Part shown: positions 58,417-64,000 of the stretch, one piece after another
How positions within the stretch are numbered: the first letter of the stretch is position 1
Layout of the letters: every line of letters starts with the position of its first letter
Source of the DNA: Candidatus Nomurabacteria bacterium
GTDB taxonomy: Bacteria; Patescibacteriota; Minisyncoccia; Phycocordibacterales; SBAW01
NCBI GenBank assembly: GCA_943356415.1
Contig: CALREW010000002.1
Location: forward strand, 128,325-192,324
DNA: 64,000 nt
Reading direction: 5' to 3'
Made by a program: the position numbers and the translations under genes
The notes under the pieces: model-generated
Seen by the model: only the letters and a program-made list of their open reading frames with translations
Told to the model about the DNA's origin: nothing
The model's database searches: none

Positions 58417-58504
58417 TGCGCCTCACTATACCCCATGAGATGGGCTCCTTATCTAATCTGCAGAACTGAGTCTTCTGTATCTCACGGGGTATACCGCACC
58501 GCCC

Positions 58505-60199
58505 CTATATCACGTCGACAATGCGCAAGCGCGCGCGGCGATCCATCGACGAACGCTCGAGATGAGCTACCACGTCGACACGATTACCTATTTCTGGTTT
58601 TTTTGTAAATGTTTCCGGCGTTGAAAAAAATGCGATAGCAGAGAGTTTAGCGTCCCACTCGTCAGTGAGTGTCAGTTCAATATGATTTCCGATTTTTCCA
58701 AACGTCTTTATATGGGCTACGTGCGCACCGGGAATAAGAAATAGCGGCTTTTCGTTGCCAATTCCAAATGGTGCCAACTTCTCAAGTTGAGGCAATGCAC
58801 GCACCGCATCTGCAAGAACAAGTTCTTTGTCGATATAGGAAGGTTCCGCAACAACACCGCGTTGTCTAAGCGCTTCATATGACTGCGTAAGTCTTTCTTT
58901 CAACGAATGAACGCTTGCGTCATCAAGCGAAAAGCCGCCCGAGAACTTATGACCACCAAAGTCAGCGAAGATATCCTTTGCTCCTGCCATAAGCTCCACC
59001 ATATTCATATTTCCGTCGGAACGAACGGATCCTTTGATGGTAGTTCCTCCTTCCCTACCCCACAGCACCACCGGCTTTCCGTATGTCTCTGCGATGGAAT
59101 TCGCGACAAGCCCAAGAAGCCCAGGACGCCATGCAGGATTACCCATAACAATAATTCCTTCAGGGACACCTTCTTCCTCGAGGCGTGCTTTTGCTTCTTT
59201 TACCATCGCTGCCACAGTGCCTTTACGAGCGTCATTCATGCGCGTAAGTTCCTTGGCAATTGTTTTCCCCGACGCGTCATCTGCTGCCGTAAGCATCTCG
59301 AAAGCTAACCGCGGTTCATCCATGCGCGAAGCAGCATTGATGCGCGGCGCGATAGTGAACCCAATATCCTCTTCCGTAAGCATATCTGCGCGTGTGCGTG
59401 CCAAAGCGAGGAGCGCGCGCAATCCTGGGCGCCGATTCTTGCGCATCACCACGAGACCAAAATGTACAAGCGCGCGATTCTCACCAACAAGCGGCATCAT
59501 ATCGGCGACCGTTGCGAGCCCAACAAGATCAAGCAGCCATTTCTCCTGACCCGGAGCAACGCCAAAACGATTTCTGCTCAGGACCGCTTGAATAAGTTTC
59601 CATGCGACACCGGTGCCAGAGAGTCCGTCGAACGGATATTTATTATCGAGGCGTTTTGGATTAATGACCGCAAACCCTTCAGGAAGTTTCTCCGGAGGCA
59701 AGTGGTGGTCGGTGACGATAACTTCAAGCCCAATACTATTTGCATGCGCGACGGGCCCTACGTCAGTAATGCCTGAGTCGACCGTGAGAATTAAAGAGAC
59801 TCCCTCGTCTTTAAGTTTAGTCAGCCCGTCATTATTAAGTCCGTACCCTTCCAAATGGCGGTGCGGAATGTAATTTACAAAATTGTGATATCCGATGAGT
59901 TTAAAAAAATCGTGCAGGAGCGCTCCGCCTGGGATGCCATCACAATCGTAATCGCTCCAAATACCTATTTTTTCACCTCGCTCAATCGCCTTAAGAATAC
60001 GCTCGACGGCCGGTTCCATGTCAGGCAGGAGGAACGGATCGTGGGAGTGCCGCTCAAAAGAAGGTGAAAGAAATTCCTTCGCCTCCTCAGTATCAGTCAC
60101 CCCGCGACTCCACAAAAGTTCCCGTACAAGCTCTGGGTGGGCAGCAAGGTTCTGGTGTGCCTCTGCAGGCGCTTTCTCTCGTAAGGTGTACTCGGCCAT
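58505..60199 (-). CDS. recJ: ssDNA exonuclease RecJ
   Basis: DYDCDG, YIPHR..EGYG, TVDSG, TDHH, TVADMMPL, PRINAA.R, GGH. Confidence 0.96.
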   Translation of the reverse strand: MAEYTLREKAPAEAHQNLAAHPELVRELLWSRGVTDTEEAKEFLSPSFERHSHDPFLLPDMEPAVERILKAIERGEKIGIWSDYDCDGIPGGALLHDFFKLIGYHNFVNYIPHRHLEGYGLNNDGLTKLKDEGVSLILTVDSGITDVGPVAHANSIGLEVIVTDHHLPPEKLPEGFAVINPKRLDNKYPFDGLSGTGVAWKLIQAVLSRNRFGVAPGQEKWLLDLVGLATVADMMPLVGENRALVHFGLVVMRKNRRPGLRALLALARTRADMLTEEDIGFTIAPRINAASRMDEPRLAFEMLTAADDASGKTIAKELTRMNDARKGTVAAMVKEAKARLEEEGVPEGIIVMGNPAWRPGLLGLVANSIAETYGKPVVLWGREGGTTIKGSVRSDGNMNMVELMAGAKDIFADFGGHKFSGGFSLDDASVHSLKERLTQSYEALRQRGVVAEPSYIDKELVLADAVRALPQLEKLAPFGIGNEKPLFLIPGAHVAHIKTFGKIGNHIELTLTDEWDAKLSAIAFFSTPETFTKKPEIGNRVDVVAHLERSSMDRRARLRIVDVI

Positions 60200-60222
60200 T
60201 CGGGTCAGTATACAATCATGGG

Positions 60223-60633
60223 ATGGAGGACTGTATTTTCTGCAAAATTATCCGTGGTGAAATACCTGCCGCCAAGGTATACGAGGACGACAATGTTTTA
60301 GCATTTCTCGATATCCACCCCGTGCGAGAAGGACACACCCTGGTTATTCCAAAACAGCACGTCTCTGAATTCCAAGAGATGGAGACTCCCTCATACGAAA
60401 AAGTAATGGGGGCGGTAAAGAAGATAGCTAAAACACTCCGCAAAAATACGGACGCTAAGCGTGTGGGGATTTCAATAATTGGATTCGATGTTCCTCACGC
60501 ACACGTGCATGTCATACCTCTTCATGAAACTGACGACATCACCTCACAACGCAAAATTGATGGGTTGTTGGGCAATCCAACTCAAGAAGAGCGCGCAGAG
60601 ACAGCGGAAAAAATACGGGCTGCACTTTCTTAA
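60223..60633 (+). CDS. HIT family protein
   Basis: DCIFCKII, AFLDIHP, GHTLVIPK, VPHAHVHVIP; start ATG 60223. Confidence 0.92.
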   Translation: MEDCIFCKIIRGEIPAAKVYEDDNVLAFLDIHPVREGHTLVIPKQHVSEFQEMETPSYEKVMGAVKKIAKTLRKNTDAKRVGISIIGFDVPHAHVHVIPLHETDDITSQRKIDGLLGNPTQEERAETAEKIRAALS

Positions 60634-60637
60634 AAGA

Positions 60638-61795
60638 TCAACGATTTTTAAGTACGGCGAGAAATTCGGGGACTGCAATTGAGGTGGCACTATAGGTGAG
60701 GTGTATATCCAGGTGCGTGCGAACCTGCTCCGACATCGACTGGTCAAATATTCTGAGGATAAGTTTCAGTGCTGGAGAGAACGACCTGGCATTTAGACCA
60801 ACTTCCATATTGACGTAGTCATCGTCTATCACTGACAGCAAAGCTTTAGCGGCGCTTACGTTTGCGTCTTCGAGTACTCGCGGTGAACGTGCGTCACCGA
60901 TATAGACATCTGCTCCCAAATTCCGAAAATGACGTATTGCAGGCGATGATTCATTAGATTCAATAATAATAAGTTTCTCTCCTCGTTCAAGAATCCCTTC
61001 GGCGATGAAATAACCCAATCTCCCAAGTCCGCAGAGAATGATGTGGTTTCGGTGACGATACCGTTTGCGCCCCAGAGAGAGCTCCACTCTCTTTTTTATG
61101 ACTCGATCGATCGTGAGAGAAAAAATAAGCCAGATAAAGAATGTGGAGAGAATGATGAGCCCTATACCGGCAACTTTACTTTCAGGAGATGCGTTTAGAA
61201 GATTTATATCGCCGTACCCTACAGTCGCAACCGTAACAATCACAAAATATAGCGCGTCGAGCCACGGAAGCCCGTCGTACAAATGGAAGTAGCAGACCGC
61301 AATACCAATGAGCAAGAGGAACGAGCTAACTAGAATCGTGATGAGGCGGTCCGTTCCCTTTTCTTTTTCACGATCAAGAGGCGTGGGTTTGTAACGCAAC
61401 GCCCGCTCGACCGGACGATCGAGTCCTGCAATAAAAACCGGCGCTGCTATCCGCGCCGGATTTAGAATACGGACATTTGGATGGGCGGCGCGTATATGTG
61501 GGCTTACTCGTTCATTAAAGAGTGAGATAGTGATTGGCAATTTGCTGTTGATCGAAGAAAGAGCGATGAATGTACGGATGTTCGCTTCATCTTTGTCGTC
61601 AACGAGATACGTCATCAAAAACCTGCCGGGATTGAGTGCTGAGAGGTCCTCAACAATGCCATCAAACGTACCTCCATCGTCCCCTTTCAAGTTGGGAGGC
61701 AAAAATTCTTCAATTTTGTAGCCCGCCAACTGTGCCTGCACTTTCAAGCGACGGGCCAGATGTCCAGAACCAATGATGAGGAGTTTGTCGTTCAT
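60638..61795 (-). CDS. potassium channel protein with RCK/TrkA-N domains
   Basis: pore filter TVATVGYGD between two TMs; Rossmann motifs GSGHLA and CGLGRLG. Confidence 0.88.
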   Translation of the reverse strand: MNDKLLIIGSGHLARRLKVQAQLAGYKIEEFLPPNLKGDDGGTFDGIVEDLSALNPGRFLMTYLVDDKDEANIRTFIALSSINSKLPITISLFNERVSPHIRAAHPNVRILNPARIAAPVFIAGLDRPVERALRYKPTPLDREKEKGTDRLITILVSSFLLLIGIAVCYFHLYDGLPWLDALYFVIVTVATVGYGDINLLNASPESKVAGIGLIILSTFFIWLIFSLTIDRVIKKRVELSLGRKRYRHRNHIILCGLGRLGYFIAEGILERGEKLIIIESNESSPAIRHFRNLGADVYIGDARSPRVLEDANVSAAKALLSVIDDDYVNMEVGLNARSFSPALKLILRIFDQSMSEQVRTHLDIHLTYSATSIAVPEFLAVLKNR

Positions 61796-61888
61796 CGCGC
61801 TCAGTATACGGCATGAGAAGGGAGGTAACCCAATAGAAAAGGCCGGCGGTTCCCCGCCGGCCTTCCCTTATTGCTGGGGTGAAAACGG

Positions 61889-63016
61889 CTATTCGCCGTC
61901 GCCACCACCGCCACCACCGCCGTCGCCACCACCGCCACCACCGCCGTCGCCACCACCGCCGCCGCCAGCATCGGTATCGACGGTGTCGACTTCCACTGCA
62001 ACGGGGTTAACGCGGTTGTTGCCCACGTCGCCGTCGTTGAGACCGTTGCCCACCTGGGCTTCGGTTTCCTGCTGGCTTTCGGCGAACTGCGTTGCCGGCA
62101 CGTCGTCGGCGCTCGTCACCTCGCCATCGTGGGCGAAGCCTCCGAGCTGATTGCCGTCTTCGCCCATCGAGCCGAGGCTCGGGTCGAAATCGGCCGGCAG
62201 ATCGGCGTCGGCCTGCTGGAGCTCTTCCGGCAAGTCGAGGAGCGACTTGAACGGCTCGTCGAACAGGTTGACGTCGGTATCGACGGCATCCTGCAGCGAC
62301 TGCGTCGTGCCGTCGATACCCATCGCCGCGAAGCGGTCCGCCTCCGAGAAGGCGGGCGCAGCGGCGTTGGCATCGCTGGGACGCAGCAGCATGTAGGCGA
62401 GGCCGAGGCCAGCCGCCGCGGTGAGGCCGGCGACGACCGGATTCACGCGCCCTCCGAGACCGAGGCGACCGAGAAGACCTTGCCGCGGACCGTTGTTGTT
62501 CCGGCCGGCGACATGGACGTTCATGGTCGTTTCCTTCGGGATGCCCATCGTCTGGGCAACCTTCCAGGCATCGATGTTGGCGCCCAGGAAGATGATCACC
62601 CAACCCTGAGCACGGCGTTCGGCGATCTTCTGCTTCACGTCGTCGAGGGTGTACTTCTTGGATGCGTTTTCCAACCCATCGGTGAAGATGACGAGCGTGT
62701 ACTTGACGCCGGCCTCCTCCACACCGTCCGTGAGCGCCGACATGATGGCGTCCAGGAGCGGCGTGAGCGCGCGGGGCTCGTACTCGTCTTCCTTGAGCAG
62801 CTCGATCTCGGAGACCTTGCCGTTACGGAGAACGTCGAAACCCTGGCTGTCCCACTGGACCAGCTTGAAGGCGGCGTCGCGGGCGACCGGGTCGGCCTTG
62901 AGCTTGCCGAGGTAGGCATTGATGCCTTCCACGACGGGGTCCTTCCACTGCGCCATCGAACCGCTGCGATCGACAGTCTTACGGACTTCGTACCTCTGAC
63001 TCGTTTGATCGGCCAT
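61889..63016 (-). CDS. vWA-domain protein with TM, acidic region and Gly-rich tail (GC-rich cassette)
   Basis: DRSGSM, TPLLDA, FTDGLENAS, FLGAN; AGGAGG SD; TTGACT-17-TACAAT promoter. Confidence 0.8.
   Translation of the reverse strand: MADQTSQRYEVRKTVDRSGSMAQWKDPVVEGINAYLGKLKADPVARDAAFKLVQWDSQGFDVLRNGKVSEIELLKEDEYEPRALTPLLDAIMSALTDGVEEAGVKYTLVIFTDGLENASKKYTLDDVKQKIAERRAQGWVIIFLGANIDAWKVAQTMGIPKETTMNVHVAGRNNNGPRQGLLGRLGLGGRVNPVVAGLTAAAGLGLAYMLLRPSDANAAAPAFSEADRFAAMGIDGTTQSLQDAVDTDVNLFDEPFKSLLDLPEELQQADADLPADFDPSLGSMGEDGNQLGGFAHDGEVTSADDVPATQFAESQQETEAQVGNGLNDGDVGNNRVNPVAVEVDTVDTDAGGGGGGDGGGGGGGDGGGGGGGDGE
61894..61965. repeat. 24-bp tandem repeat, three copies, encoding (G7D)3
   Basis: CGCCGTCGCCACCACCGCCACCAC twice plus one variant copy. 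Confidence 0.85.
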
Positions 63017-63158
63017 GCCGACCTCCTAGTTGTGTGGTTATCCAATTGTGGTGGAAGCATGCCTAGGGACTAGGCACACTCTCATCCAATGACTATTGTA
63101 GGACAATAATAGTATAAAGTCAATACTTCTCTTCGTCTAAAAACGTTGCAGTTCAGGC

Positions 63159-64000
63159 CTACTTTAGCGCCTCAAGCCCGGGCAAAGTGCCATCGGCGAG
63201 GAACTCCAACATCGCTCCCCCACCCGTTGAGAGGAAGACTCGTTCACTATCAAAATTGGTCTTTGTAAGTGCGGCTATAGTATCCCCGCCGCCAACAACC
63301 GCATGCGCGTTTGAACGCACCAATGCATGCGCGAGTGCTTCAGTCTCTGCATTAAACCCGCGCTCATAGATACCTAAGGGGCCGTTCATAAGAACGAAAC
63401 CTGCCTCCTCTATATATTGAGACCATTTCTTTCCCGTCGCAGGTCCCGCGTCGGCGGTGCGCTCGTCAGGGCGGATATCTTCCGGCGCTGCGACACGAGA
63501 AGAAGTTTCCGTTGCTAAAACTAAGTCTACTGGCAACTCGATACGTGGGTTTAAAACAAGCTCAGCGAGTTCGGGCGATTTCTCTGACGTAAGAGAGACT
63601 CCAACAGACAATCCTTTGGCACGAAAAAAATCATTTACAATCGCTCCTCCGATACACACACGGTCATACACAGGAAGCAATTTTTTAATAAGCGGTTCTT
63701 TCGTTTCAAATTTTGCTCCTCCAAAAATAGCGAGTGCGGGATGCTCCGGCGCAAGCGCTCGTGAGAGACGTGCAATTTCTTCAATCACTAACAGCCCCGC
63801 ATACGAGGGTAACTGTTTTGCAACACCAACAACGGATGAATGCGTGCGATGCGAGTCAGCAAACGCGTCGTTAACATAGATATCAGCAAGCGCGGCGAGT
63901 GAACGTGCAAGCGCTTCATCATTTTCTTCCTCACCTCTAAGCTTGCGCACGTTATCTAGCATCAACAATTCCCCTTCGCGTAAAGTGTTTACTTCATCAA
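63159..64000 (-). CDS. pgk: phosphoglycerate kinase (5' part outside the window)
   Basis: YVNDAF, GGAK..K, NGPLG.YE, GGGDT, STGGGAMLEFL. Confidence 0.95.
   Translation of the reverse strand, partial: DEVNTLREGELLMLDNVRKLRGEEENDEALARSLAALADIYVNDAFADSHRTHSSVVGVAKQLPSYAGLLVIEEIARLSRALAPEHPALAIFGGAKFETKEPLIKKLLPVYDRVCIGGAIVNDFFRAKGLSVGVSLTSEKSPELAELVLNPRIELPVDLVLATETSSRVAAPEDIRPDERTADAGPATGKKWSQYIEEAGFVLMNGPLGIYERGFNAETEALAHALVRSNAHAVVGGGDTIAALTKTNFDSERVFLSTGGGAMLEFLADGTLPGLEALK

Noticed and set aside
1-64000. CRISPR array, cas genes, rRNA, integrase, reverse transcriptase
   Set aside because: No regularly spaced repeats or corresponding motifs were seen; the palindromes occur only once or twice.

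Overview
A 64-kb chromosomal window of a Patescibacteria/CPR bacterium, most likely Parcubacteria. Support: no rpmD (L30) in the spc operon, tRNA-Ile(UAU), split comEC, a large TraD/HerA-like ATPase, and core genes that mostly lack Shine-Dalgarno motifs. The backbone carries the str-S10-spc ribosomal cluster (rpsL to secY, adk, map), infC-rpmI-rplT, rpmB, recG, recJ, ftsH, smpB with tmRNA, a compact 6S RNA, two tRNAs, ndk/adk/cmk/gmk, malic enzyme, sod and part of pgk. About 15 single-gene, GC3-rich cassettes, usually SD-led and ending in a GC-rich hairpin, are scattered through it (pyrD, pyrC, purE, a YvcK-HAD fusion, an S41 protease, a vWA protein, a YbjN-like protein and orphans). Several sit exactly at junctions where the ribosomal superoperon has broken into separately promoted units. 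The most unusual signals are: (i) a ~185-bp structured non-coding element at the tmRNA 3' end that duplicates the target and also carries a split antisense copy of it; (ii) a RAYT transposase flanked by perfect palindromes inside the S10 operon; (iii) a hairpin MITE on the secY stop codon; (iv) pervasive leaderless -10/start architecture; (v) a shared promoter-proximal hairpin plus U-tract in r-protein leaders; (vi) a GHKL ATPase at the left edge that the ORF track misses. No CRISPR array, rRNA, integrase or reverse transcriptase was seen. All calls come from reading motifs by eye; no database searches were run.
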